A stretch of 64,000 bases of DNA from Deltaproteobacteria bacterium UBA2409 (lineage in GTDB: Bacteria > Bdellovibrionota_C > UBA2361 > DDRT01), in assembly GCA_002343185.1 (NCBI GenBank), contig DDRT01000001.1, positions 400,215-464,214 on the forward strand, written 5' to 3'. The notes below the pieces were generated by a model. The model saw nothing but the letters and a program-made list of their open reading frames with translations. It ran no database searches and had not been told where the DNA came from. Made by a program: the position numbers and the translations under genes. Shown one piece after another: positions 1 through 8,735 of the stretch. Position 1 is the stretch's first letter, and every line of letters starts with the position of its first letter.

Positions 1-1
1 A

Positions 2-1435
2 ATGCTAGAGATCTCGGCTAATCCGGGGATATCACTTGAGGCCTCCGGAAAATTAGCAAATAAAGTCGAATTAGCAATCTTAAAGATACCCGAGGTTGAA
101 TCCATTGGACGCAGAACTGGAAGAGCTGATGATGACGATCACTCTGCTGGAGTGCATGTTTCGGAATTTGAGATCGCCTTAAAACCGTCTGAGCGAACTA
201 GATCTGAAATATTTGCTGAAATAAGACGAGTGACTAAAGAATCTCTTCCTGAAGGTGTATATCAAAGCTTAAGCCAACCAATTACTCACCGCCTAGATCA
301 TGTTCTTTCGGGTGTTAAGGCTCAGGTGGCTATAAAAGTATTTGGCCCGGATCTTCGTATACTAAGACAGCAGGCAGCTGAGATCAGAAATGCGGTTAAG
401 GGTGTTAAGGGGGTCGTAGATCTTAGAATGGAGGGACAAGTTTTAGTCCCTCAATATAAAATTTATGCGATGAGGCCAGAGCTAAAAGAGTATGGAATAA
501 TTCCAGGAGATCTAATCGAATCTCTAGAGACAATGTTGCAAGGGGTACCGGTAACCCGACTCATAGAAAAAGATCGTGCTTTGGATGTATTTTTAAGACT
601 TGATCAGGAGTCCAGGAAAGACATAGATGCTATTCGAGATCTTCCAGTCCATGTTCTTCCAACAGGGAAGGTTGTTTCTCTAAATGAAATTACAGATATT
701 TTTGAAACCAGTGGCCCCAATCTAATTGAAAGGGAGAATTTGCAACGGCGAATTGTCGTATCCTTTAATACCTCTGGTAGAGATCTTGAATCGATTATGA
801 AAGATATTAAGAGTCGACTTGAGTCTTCAATTAAACTGCCAGAGGGTTATTACTATGACTTTGATGGTCAATATGAGAGTCAACAAAAGGCAATGCGCTT
901 AGTTTTTCTATTGGGAGCGATTTCGATAGTAGCTGTATTTATTGTCTTATTTGCTCATTTTAATTCAGCTGTAATTGCTTTACAGATAATGGTTAATATT
1001 CCGCTGGCATTAATCGGATCAGTTCTAGCTATTTGTTTGACTGACAACACCTTTTCCGTTGCTACTTTAATAGCTTTTATAACTTTATGCGGAATAGCGT
1101 CTAGAAATGGTATTATGATGATCAGTCATTATTTACATCTGATGAAGGAGGAAGGGGAATCCTTCAGTAAGGAGATGATAATTCGAGGCTCTCTTGAAAG
1201 GCTCGTGCCTGTATTAATGACAGCATTCTCGGCAATACTTGCACTTAGCCCTCTTCTCTTTGCATATGATGAACCTGGTAAGGAAATTCTTCATACAGTG
1301 GCTGTTGTTATAGTTAGTGGGTTACTATCATCTACGTTGTTGGATATTTTTGTAACACCAGCAATATTTTATAAGTTTGGTAAGAAAAGTGCCGAGAGGT
1401 ATCTTCAAAAAGATAATGCACAGATTTTAAATTAG
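2..1435 (+). CDS. RND-family efflux transporter permease, heavy-metal (CzcA/CusA-like) type, C-terminal 477 aa. The gene is truncated at the window start.
   Basis: The translation has AcrB/CzcA-like C-terminal architecture: a periplasmic porter subdomain, then a 6-TM bundle (…IALQIMVNIPLALIGSVLAICLTD…, …AFITLCGIASRNGIMMISHY…) and a cytoplasmic tail. The ORF runs off the 5' edge of the window. Confidence 0.75.
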   Translation: MLEISANPGISLEASGKLANKVELAILKIPEVESIGRRTGRADDDDHSAGVHVSEFEIALKPSERTRSEIFAEIRRVTKESLPEGVYQSLSQPITHRLDHVLSGVKAQVAIKVFGPDLRILRQQAAEIRNAVKGVKGVVDLRMEGQVLVPQYKIYAMRPELKEYGIIPGDLIESLETMLQGVPVTRLIEKDRALDVFLRLDQESRKDIDAIRDLPVHVLPTGKVVSLNEITDIFETSGPNLIERENLQRRIVVSFNTSGRDLESIMKDIKSRLESSIKLPEGYYYDFDGQYESQQKAMRLVFLLGAISIVAVFIVLFAHFNSAVIALQIMVNIPLALIGSVLAICLTDNTFSVATLIAFITLCGIASRNGIMMISHYLHLMKEEGESFSKEMIIRGSLERLVPVLMTAFSAILALSPLLFAYDEPGKEILHTVAVVIVSGLLSSTLLDIFVTPAIFYKFGKKSAERYLQKDNAQILN

Positions 1436-1449
1436 AATTAAGTAGGAGA

Positions 1450-1860
1450 ATGTATATGAGATCTAAGTTGTTTTGTTTGCTGTTTTTAGCCGGCGTTGTG
1501 TATGCAGGCGAGGGGCATAATCATGAAGCTGCTATCGAGCCTGCGCCACATGGGGGTATTTTGAGAGACTCTCCGCCATATAAAGTAGAATTAGTTTTGA
1601 ATAATGATAATGCTAAAATTTATGTTTACGACAAAAATTTAAACCCAGTACCAAATAGCGAGCTAGGGAGCACTGCAGTTGGAGCCCTTGCGTTTCCCAA
1701 GGAAAGAAAAAAGAGAGAGGTAATTTTTAAGCTAAGTGAAAGTGCCTACGAAGGTGAAATGCCTGGGATAAGCGCCGTTCATCGATACGACTTACATGTT
1801 GATATAACCATTGATGGGAAAAAGGTGATCGGAGATTTTGGAGTAGATAATATTCACTAA
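1450..1860 (+). CDS. Small secreted protein (136 aa) with a His-rich N-terminal motif. Possible periplasmic metal-binding accessory of the efflux system.
   Basis: Signal peptide MRSKLFCLLFLAGVVYA, then GEGHNHEAAIEPAPHGG. The gene is tightly spaced between the RND pump and the outer-membrane factor (14 bp and 0 bp gaps). Confidence 0.4.
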   Translation: MYMRSKLFCLLFLAGVVYAGEGHNHEAAIEPAPHGGILRDSPPYKVELVLNNDNAKIYVYDKNLNPVPNSELGSTAVGALAFPKERKKREVIFKLSESAYEGEMPGISAVHRYDLHVDITIDGKKVIGDFGVDNIH

Positions 1861-3114
1861 ATGAGACAACTGTTTCTCGTATTAGGCTTTTCTGGGGCAC
1901 TCTTTGCTGATTCAATTAGAATTAGCATTGATGATATCCCACGCCTTGTGAAAGAAAAAAATAGACATGTGGAAGGTGCGGATCTTTTAAAAAAATCAGC
2001 CCAAGCTGGAAAAGGATACTTAACCCGCTCTTATCTGCCTCAAGTTAAAGCTTTTGCTGGTCATGAGGCTTTTAAGACTGGATCACTAGAAGCCAAAGAT
2101 GAGCCCGCTGCTGGAATAGATATTAGTGTTAATGTTTTCCGTGGAGGCAGAGATACTCTTGAGGACAGAATAAGAGATCTTAAGGCTGATATTGCTTCAT
2201 TTGAATCAAGTAAGACTTATTTAGAGGAGGTTTTAAAAGCCAGATCTGCATTTTGGAATCTTGTTGCGCATCGCGAAATTTACTCAATTTTAGAGGATTC
2301 AATTAAAAGTAATCGAACTGATATAAATGCAGCTCTGAAACGGATAGATGCTGGACTAGCAACAGACACTGACAAGCTTGAATTTGAAATGTACCAGGTT
2401 GAACTTGAACAGGAGCTTGCTCGTGCAAACCTTGGGGTAAAAGGATTTGAACTTGAGCTCTTGGTGCTTTTGGGATTACCAGATGGCACTCAAATTCAGA
2501 GCCAAAATGTGGTTACTCATGATCATAACGATGAACTTTTAAATAGCACTTTTAAAGCCGAACAAAACCCTTACTTAGAGTCGATAAAGCTAAAGAGCGA
2601 GGAATCTCTTCTAACTGAAGAAGTTGCAAGAAAATGGTGGATTCCCTCGGTAGATTTTTTCGCCTCACATGGGTTAGAAACCTTTCGAGAGCGTGAGTTT
2701 GAACAACAATCAGATAGAATGGAAAGTGTTGTAGGGTTAAGAGTTGAGGCTAATATATTTGATGGACATAATTCAGAGATAGAAGCGGAACAAAAAGCTC
2801 TTGAGGCAGAAGGACTTAGAGCGCAGCATTCGCAATCACTGATGGAGCTAAAGGCTCAGGTCGAGAATGCAAAGGCTCAGTTAGTTCTTAATCATGATTT
2901 AATCCATAAATCTGAAGAAGCAATAAGAATAGCAGGGGATTATCTTGAAAAAACAATCGATGAATACTCAAAAGGAGTTAAGAACTCACCTGATATGTTA
3001 TCAGCAAGAGAGAAAATTCTAGACTTAAAATTGCGCTTTGTTGCCCTTAGGAAGGACTATCAAATAGCACGTGCACAGTTGATATCACTTATTGGTGAGA
3101 CGTTTAGTAATTAA
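1861..3114 (+). CDS. Outer-membrane efflux protein (TolC/CzcC-like OMF).
   Basis: N-terminal signal peptide, then long coiled-coil/heptad regions typical of OMF proteins, and about 417 aa length. It immediately follows the RND pump gene. Confidence 0.55.
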   Translation: MRQLFLVLGFSGALFADSIRISIDDIPRLVKEKNRHVEGADLLKKSAQAGKGYLTRSYLPQVKAFAGHEAFKTGSLEAKDEPAAGIDISVNVFRGGRDTLEDRIRDLKADIASFESSKTYLEEVLKARSAFWNLVAHREIYSILEDSIKSNRTDINAALKRIDAGLATDTDKLEFEMYQVELEQELARANLGVKGFELELLVLLGLPDGTQIQSQNVVTHDHNDELLNSTFKAEQNPYLESIKLKSEESLLTEEVARKWWIPSVDFFASHGLETFREREFEQQSDRMESVVGLRVEANIFDGHNSEIEAEQKALEAEGLRAQHSQSLMELKAQVENAKAQLVLNHDLIHKSEEAIRIAGDYLEKTIDEYSKGVKNSPDMLSAREKILDLKLRFVALRKDYQIARAQLISLIGETFSN

Positions 3115-3206
3115 TTCGCTCTAAAATAGAGTCAATAAGTTACCGTGGCTTATAGCCGATACTGATAATGTTATTACAACACGACACAAAGTTATAAAAT
3201 TAGATC

Positions 3207-3365
3207 TTAAGCGTATACGTCTAATTTCTTATCCGAGCTTTGAACTGGCTGAGAAACTAAATCTATATCTCTTGCGTCCACTTCGCCGTCCCCATTCTTA
3301 TCGAATACGCGAGGATCTGGAGTCTCGACCTTTGGCCTGTATGTAGTTACTGCTTGAACTTCCAT
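3207..3365 (-). CDS. Hypothetical 52-aa peptide with a canonical EF-hand/dockerin-type Ca-binding loop (DKNGDGEVDARD). Not in the ORF track because it is under 60 aa.
   Basis: Manual translation of the minus strand gives MEVQAVTTYRPKVETPDPRVFDKNGDGEVDARDIDLVSQPVQSSDKKLDVYA. It is the only coherent ORF in a roughly 400-bp gap with no other ORF (3115-3525). There is a weak SD (AAGGT) 11 nt upstream. Confidence 0.2.
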   Translation of the reverse strand: MEVQAVTTYRPKVETPDPRVFDKNGDGEVDARDIDLVSQPVQSSDKKLDVYA

Positions 3366-3525
3366 GTTTTACAACTACCTTTTAGAGGAAAACCTTCTCC
3401 TCTATTTATGTATATCGGTGTGGTTTTAAAAACCTTTAGAGTTTATATTCGATCTGGCGCTAGTGCTGTTAACACATTGAATTTATTGGATTATTTATTT
3501 TCATTTGGTAAGAAACGGCTAAAAT

Positions 3526-5283
3526 ATGTACTCTCAGGGCTCAATGTTAGAAGAAATTAACGAATGGATTAATCAAAGTGCAAATAGACTTACCCCTTCG
3601 AAGATCATTTGGATTGATGGGTCAGACGCTGAAACATCACGAATTAATGATGAGCTTGTAAGAGACGGAACTTTTACAAAGCTAAGTGAAAGCCAATATC
3701 CAAATAGTTTCTGGGCAATTTCAGATCCTACCGATGTGGCAAGAGTAGAGGAGAGAACCTTTATTTGCTCAAGAGATCAAAATGATTCAGGACCTACAAA
3801 TTATTGGATGGCTCCTGAGAAGGCCTATCAAAGATTAAATGCCCTTATGTATGGCTGCATGAGAGGACGAACAATGTATGTTATCCCATACTTAATGGGG
3901 CCAGTTGGATCTCCTTATTCAAGATTTGGAATTGAGCTTACAGACTCTCTTTATGTTGTAGCCAACATGAGAATTATGGCTAGAACTGGTAAGAAGGCAT
4001 TAGATCATTTCTCAAAGTTTGGAGGAACCTTTGTTAAGGGTATTCATTCAATCGGAACTCTTGATCCAGATGAAAAGTATATCTGTCACTTCCCCGAGGA
4101 TGAAACGATTATTAGTTTTAACTCAAACTATGGTGGAAATGCCCTTTTAGGAAAAAAATGCTTTGCACTTAGAATTGCTTCAAGTCTAGCCAAAAAAGAA
4201 GGGTGGCTAGCGGAGCATATGCTTATTTTAGGTATCGAAAATCCTAAAGGAGAAAAGATCTATGTAGCTGCTGCTTTTCCATCAGCCTGTGGCAAAACAA
4301 ACTTAGCGATGCTAATTCCTCCAAAGTTATACCTTGATGCTGGATGGAGGGTAACAACAGTTGGTGATGACATTGCATGGATCAACATTGGCAAAGATGG
4401 AGTTTGGAGAGCAATAAATCCAGAATCAGGATTCTTTGGAGTTGCTCCAGGAACTGCCATGGATACAAACCCAAATGCAGTAAAGACTTTCCAAGCAGGA
4501 AACACAATTTTTACAAATACTGGTCTTGATTTAGACACCATGACTCCATGGTGGGAAGGTTTTACAAAAGAAATACCTAAAAAACTAAGAGACTGGAACG
4601 GAAAAGATTGGACAGGTGAAAAGAAATGCGCTCATCCAAACTCAAGATTCACAACACCTGCTTCTCAGTGCCCTAGTATGGATAAAGATTGGGAGAGCCC
4701 AGAGGGTGTTCCGATCTCTGCAATAATATTTGGCGGAAGAAGAGCAAGAGCGGTTCCTTTAGTCTTTGAGGCTAGAGACTGGCAGCATGGAGTTTTTTTG
4801 GGTGCAACAATGGCTTCAGAAATGACTGCTGCTGCAGCTGGCACTTTAGGAGAGTTAAGACGAGATCCGATGGCTATGAAGCCATTTATCGGATATCACG
4901 TAGGTGATTATTTTCAGCACTGGCTTGACGTTGGAAAAGATGCAGCACCAAAGATATTCCATGTAAATTGGTTTAGAAAAAATTCTCAAGGAAAATTCCT
5001 TTGGCCAGGTTTTGGAGAGAATATGCGGGTTCTTGAATGGATATTTGATCGGGTAAAAGATCAAACAGAAGCAGTAAAGACGCCCTTGGGCTGGGCTCCT
5101 CAAAAAATTAACACCGAGGGACTAGATATATCTAAAGAAGATTTAGCTGAGCTGTTGTCAGTAAAATCTGAAGAGTGGGGTGATGAATTAAAATCACAGG
5201 CTGAATTCTTTGAAGAGATAGGGACGAAACTTCCTAGAGCTCTATGGTACGAGCATGAAGCGCTAAAAAAACGGCTTGGATGA
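3526..5283 (+). CDS. pckG: Phosphoenolpyruvate carboxykinase (GTP-dependent).
   Basis: GTP-PEPCK hallmarks are present: kinase-1a P-loop AAFPSACGKTNLAML, and C-terminal nucleotide-binding motifs WFRKNSQGKFLWPGFGENMRVLEWI. Length is 585 aa. The true start may be a few codons downstream. Confidence 0.9.
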   Translation: MYSQGSMLEEINEWINQSANRLTPSKIIWIDGSDAETSRINDELVRDGTFTKLSESQYPNSFWAISDPTDVARVEERTFICSRDQNDSGPTNYWMAPEKAYQRLNALMYGCMRGRTMYVIPYLMGPVGSPYSRFGIELTDSLYVVANMRIMARTGKKALDHFSKFGGTFVKGIHSIGTLDPDEKYICHFPEDETIISFNSNYGGNALLGKKCFALRIASSLAKKEGWLAEHMLILGIENPKGEKIYVAAAFPSACGKTNLAMLIPPKLYLDAGWRVTTVGDDIAWINIGKDGVWRAINPESGFFGVAPGTAMDTNPNAVKTFQAGNTIFTNTGLDLDTMTPWWEGFTKEIPKKLRDWNGKDWTGEKKCAHPNSRFTTPASQCPSMDKDWESPEGVPISAIIFGGRRARAVPLVFEARDWQHGVFLGATMASEMTAAAAGTLGELRRDPMAMKPFIGYHVGDYFQHWLDVGKDAAPKIFHVNWFRKNSQGKFLWPGFGENMRVLEWIFDRVKDQTEAVKTPLGWAPQKINTEGLDISKEDLAELLSVKSEEWGDELKSQAEFFEEIGTKLPRALWYEHEALKKRLG

Positions 5284-6200
5284 GGTTGTTTCTAAGTATA
5301 GTAAGCTGGAACAGCGAGACACACTTAAAAGTTCTCCTTCCAAAGCTTATCTCTGCTTCAAGCGGATTAGCCAAGATATTTCTATTTGATAATGCATCTA
5401 CAGATGACTCAGTAAAGATTGCAAAAGAGCTTGGAGTAGAAGTGTTCGCTTCATCAGTAAATATAGGGTTCACTGGGGGGCAGAATGAGGGGGTTAGAAG
5501 ATTTTTAGAAGATACAAGCTATGAGATTTTTTGCACAGTGAATCCCGATATTGATCTTGATAGGGAAACCCTAGTGAGATTGGCCACAATACCACACGAC
5601 GTTGTAACTCCGAAAATACTTAGACTTGATAATAATTTTGAGCGAACAAATATTATTGATGCAGCAGGAATGATCTTAAACAGTTCACTTAGGCACCTTG
5701 ATAGAGGTAGTAATGAGGTTGATCGTGGTCAGTATGATAAAGAAGAGATTGTATTTGGTGGAACAGGAGCGTTTTTTGTTTTAAAAAGGCAGGCAATCCA
5801 AAAGCTTTTGCTCGGAGTAGATAACAAAATACAACTCTTCGATGAAGCTTTTTTTGCCTACAGAGAAGATGCAGATCTTTGTTGGAGAATGAGAAGAAGA
5901 GAGATAAAAGTTCACTACACCCCTTCAGTAATAGTTTATCACCAAAGAAAAGTTCTACCAGAAAATAGAAAAGAGGTGTCAACTGATATTAATAGCATGA
6001 GTGTAAGAAACAGATTTTTACTTCAGGTAAATAATTGGATATTTCAAGACGGAGGATTTCTTCAGGGGATTATTTTTAGAAATCTACTAGTAATCATAGG
6101 AGTAATTTTATTCGAACGAAGCTCGATTAAAGGAATAAAAGAGTTCATAGGCCTACTTCCAAGGGCTTTAAAAATAAGAAAAGAGAATCTTCATGGCTAA
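5280..6200 (+). CDS. Glycosyltransferase family 2 protein.
   Basis: GT2 N-terminal signature: SIVSWNSETHL…FDNASTDDS… and a DxD-like region (NPDIDLDRE). The start overlaps the pckG stop by 4 nt. Confidence 0.6.
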   Translation: MRLFLSIVSWNSETHLKVLLPKLISASSGLAKIFLFDNASTDDSVKIAKELGVEVFASSVNIGFTGGQNEGVRRFLEDTSYEIFCTVNPDIDLDRETLVRLATIPHDVVTPKILRLDNNFERTNIIDAAGMILNSSLRHLDRGSNEVDRGQYDKEEIVFGGTGAFFVLKRQAIQKLLLGVDNKIQLFDEAFFAYREDADLCWRMRRREIKVHYTPSVIVYHQRKVLPENRKEVSTDINSMSVRNRFLLQVNNWIFQDGGFLQGIIFRNLLVIIGVILFERSSIKGIKEFIGLLPRALKIRKENLHG

Positions 6201-6933
6201 TGTAGTAATTACTGGTGCTTCGTCTGGTATTGGAGAGTTTCTAGCAAGAGAATTTAGTCGCCGTGGAGATAAAGTTCTTCTTATTGCACGTAGAGAGGAA
6301 AAGCTAAGAAAGATTTCTAAAGAAATCAACGGTGAATATAGGGTTGTCGATCTTTCAAGTGAAGAAGAAACAAAAAAATTAGCAGATTATCTAAAGACAA
6401 GACGAGTAGACATCTTAGTGAATAATGCAGGTCGTGGTTCTTTTGGTTTTTATGAAGATCAAAATGATGACCTGCTAATGATTAAGTTAAACACGATTGC
6501 ACCTACAATCTTATCTCAGGCTGTAATTCCTCAGATGAAAGAAAGAAGAAGTGGAAAAATTGTTTTTATCTCTTCAGTCTGCGCCTTTGTTCCTCTTCCG
6601 TTTATGACTACCTATGCAGCAACAAAAGCTTTCAATCTCTTTCAGGGAAGAGCGCTTAAATGTGAATTAAATCAATTTGGAGTTGGTGTTGTAACTGTGT
6701 GCCCAGGACCAGTTAATACAGAGTTTGGTGGAGTTGCAAGAGTTCCTGGCTCCATGACCGGACTTCCCCGTGACGGAGTTGAGAGTGTTGCAAAAGAAAT
6801 CTTAGAAAAAATTGATCAGGAGATTATTCTTCCCGGAGTTTGGGGTAAGTTTTTAGGAACACTAACTAGACTATCTCCGAATCTTATTTCAAGTAGAGTT
6901 GCTTACAGGTTTTTAAGGCCATTGGTTGGATAA
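6193..6933 (+). CDS. Short-chain dehydrogenase/reductase (SDR).
   Basis: TGASSGIG Rossmann motif near the N-terminus, NNAG motif, and the catalytic Y-x3-K (YAATKAF). Confidence 0.8.
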   Translation: MANVVITGASSGIGEFLAREFSRRGDKVLLIARREEKLRKISKEINGEYRVVDLSSEEETKKLADYLKTRRVDILVNNAGRGSFGFYEDQNDDLLMIKLNTIAPTILSQAVIPQMKERRSGKIVFISSVCAFVPLPFMTTYAATKAFNLFQGRALKCELNQFGVGVVTVCPGPVNTEFGGVARVPGSMTGLPRDGVESVAKEILEKIDQEIILPGVWGKFLGTLTRLSPNLISSRVAYRFLRPLVG

Positions 6934-6950
6934 AAAGAAGTCTAGTACTA

Positions 6951-7063
6951 GTCTGGTCAGTCTTTCTTGTCCCCCGTAGCTTCAGCGGTGGGGGAAGACT
7001 GACCTTAGCCTTAAGGACTGGCTAAAGCCAGTCCAGACATAGATTAAAACCTGACCAGGCAGG
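6951..7063. repeat. Family-2 palindromic intergenic element (MITE/REP-like) with terminal inverted repeats GTCTGGTCAG … CTGACCAGGC.
   Basis: It contains the hairpins GGTCAGTCTT…AAGACTGACC and GGACTGGCTAAAGCCAGTCC plus the shared core CTTCAGCG. Related copies are at 51648-51739 and 35773-35858. It lies between convergent genes. Confidence 0.6.
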
Positions 7064-7068
7064 TAAAA

Positions 7069-8151
7069 TTAAAACAAAGCGCCTCTTGCTATCACCATTC
7101 GTTGGATCTGGTTTGTTCCTTCAACAATCTGAAGCATCTTTGCATCACGCATTAACTTTTCAACTTTGTACTCTTTTATGTAACCAGCTCCACCAAGAAG
7201 TTGAACGGCATCAGTTGTAATCTTCATGCAAGAATCGGTGGCAAAACACTTTGAAGCTGAAGCTAGTAGTCTTGAGTCGCCTTTATTAGTTAGCTCTAAA
7301 GCAGCTTTTTCTGTGATGGCTTTTGAAGCTTCAAGCAGCATAATCATATCGGCAAGAATAAATTGTAGTCCTTGGAAATTTTTTAGTTTCTCTCCAAATT
7401 GAGATCTTTCGTTAAGATGAGCTTTCGCTAGCTCTATGGCACTTTCAGAAATTCCGTTCGCACAGGCTGCAATATTGATCCTTCCACCCGATAGACCTGA
7501 TAGGGCAATTTTATAACCATCACCATTTAGAAGATTTTTTGTCTTAGCATTGTTTAGAGTTAACGATGCAATTGGAGAGAGCTCGCACCCCATCTTTTTT
7601 TCTGGAGGGGATATCACTAAGCCTTCAGAGTCTTTATCAACTAAAAATGCGGAGATTTTTTCATCAAGCCTTGCGAAAACAAGATATACATCTGCAAATC
7701 CTGCACTTGTTATGTAGCATTTCTCTCCACTTAGAATGTGCAGATTATCAGATTTAATAGCTTTTGTTTTTAGATTTGAGGCATCAGAGCCAGCGCTTGG
7801 TTCGGTTAATGCAAATGCAGCTAAAAATTCCCCGCTAGCAAGCTTTGGAAGGTAATGTTTTTTTTGCTCCTCTGATCCAAAGCGTTCAATGATCCCTGAA
7901 ACCATACTGTGTACTGAAAGAAAGATCGCAGGACCTAAGTCAACTTTTGAGATCTCTTTATAGATCTCAGCGCAAACATTAGGCTTACATTCAAGACCAT
8001 TAAATTTTTCAGAGATATTTATTCCAGTAAGCCCTTGTTTAGCCATGGAATTCCAAAGCTCCTTTGGTACTGTGTTATAGTGCTCTTCAGATTGGTACTT
8101 TGGGATCTCTCTTTCAGCAAAAACTTTTGTTACTTCAATTAGCTCATCCAC
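7069..8151 (-). CDS. Acyl-CoA dehydrogenase family protein.
   Basis: ACAD fold motifs are present (…EPSAGSDASNLKTKA…, C-terminal …RDAKMLQIVEGTNQIQRMVIAR…). Length is 360 aa. Confidence 0.8.
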   Translation of the reverse strand: MDELIEVTKVFAEREIPKYQSEEHYNTVPKELWNSMAKQGLTGINISEKFNGLECKPNVCAEIYKEISKVDLGPAIFLSVHSMVSGIIERFGSEEQKKHYLPKLASGEFLAAFALTEPSAGSDASNLKTKAIKSDNLHILSGEKCYITSAGFADVYLVFARLDEKISAFLVDKDSEGLVISPPEKKMGCELSPIASLTLNNAKTKNLLNGDGYKIALSGLSGGRINIAACANGISESAIELAKAHLNERSQFGEKLKNFQGLQFILADMIMLLEASKAITEKAALELTNKGDSRLLASASKCFATDSCMKITTDAVQLLGGAGYIKEYKVEKLMRDAKMLQIVEGTNQIQRMVIARGALF

Positions 8152-8161
8152 AAAGGGTAAT

Positions 8162-8650
8162 CTAACCGTTCGGAATTAAGATTGGAATACGGCTAGATTG
8201 CTCAAGTTTCGAAGCTACATGACAAAGAGCATCAGCATGAAGAGCTATCTTTTCAAACGATACCTTGAAGGCCGAAAGATAGGCATGCTCTTCGTGAAGA
8301 GTAAGTGGGTCTGGAGAGGCTGGCCCCCATAAAGAATGGCAGAATGGATTTTCTTCTGTTGCTCTTGAAAGCTGAGAAAGCCTCTTTTCAATTAGTGAAT
8401 CTATATGTACCCAAAAATCACAATAAGGGGCGTGAATTAGAGATAAACCATGTCGCCAAAGAAATACGTTTCTTTCGGTCTCTGCTAAAAACCACAGTGG
8501 AAAAGGAGATCTTCTATCTTTTGATAAAGAAACCTCTAGAGGCTTTAGTGCATCTAATAGAATAGAGCCCAAGGGTACATTTTTGCACGCACTGTGTGCA
8601 ATTTTGTCCGTAACCTCAGAGATAACCCTTTCGGTATTAGTCTTAATCAT
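8162..8650 (-). CDS. Hypothetical protein (162 aa), apparently co-transcribed with the acyl-CoA dehydrogenase downstream.
   Basis: Clean ORF with a 10-bp gap to the next gene on the same strand. No recognisable motif. Confidence 0.35.
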   Translation of the reverse strand: MIKTNTERVISEVTDKIAHSACKNVPLGSILLDALKPLEVSLSKDRRSPFPLWFLAETERNVFLWRHGLSLIHAPYCDFWVHIDSLIEKRLSQLSRATEENPFCHSLWGPASPDPLTLHEEHAYLSAFKVSFEKIALHADALCHVASKLEQSSRIPILIPNG

Positions 8651-8735
8651 TTAATTTTATTCAGTTTTTAAACAATACAACTTGCGAGCAGCCTGTAACG
8701 AGCAACTTAGAGGCCAGTTGTGGTACAAGCTATAT

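Noticed and set aside
1727-1915. 62-aa minus-strand ORF overlapping the small His-motif protein and the OMF start.
   Set aside because: It is entirely antisense to two well-supported genes. It has no RBS or signal and is typical of shadow ORFs.
2280-2489. 69-aa Ser-rich minus-strand ORF inside the OMF gene.
   Set aside because: It is antisense to a confident CDS, with low-complexity composition.
3354-3560. 68-aa plus-strand ORF upstream of and overlapping the pckG start.
   Set aside because: It overlaps the pckG start in another frame and has an odd composition. It is probably spurious. The small EF-hand ORF on the other strand is the more credible signal in this gap.
4260-5473. Several 79-93-aa minus-strand ORFs inside pckG and the GT2 gene (4260-4541, 4855-5103, 5234-5473).
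   Set aside because: They are all antisense to strongly supported genes.
5689-5982. 97-aa minus-strand ORF inside the GT2 gene.
   Set aside because: It is antisense to a supported CDS. It is Leu/Phe-rich, as expected from reverse-reading an AT-rich codon set.
7566-7757. 63-aa plus-strand ORF inside the ACAD gene.
   Set aside because: It is an antisense shadow ORF.
8305-8565. 86-aa plus-strand ORF opposite the 162-aa hypothetical gene.
   Set aside because: It overlaps a longer ORF that is operon-linked to the ACAD gene. No independent support.
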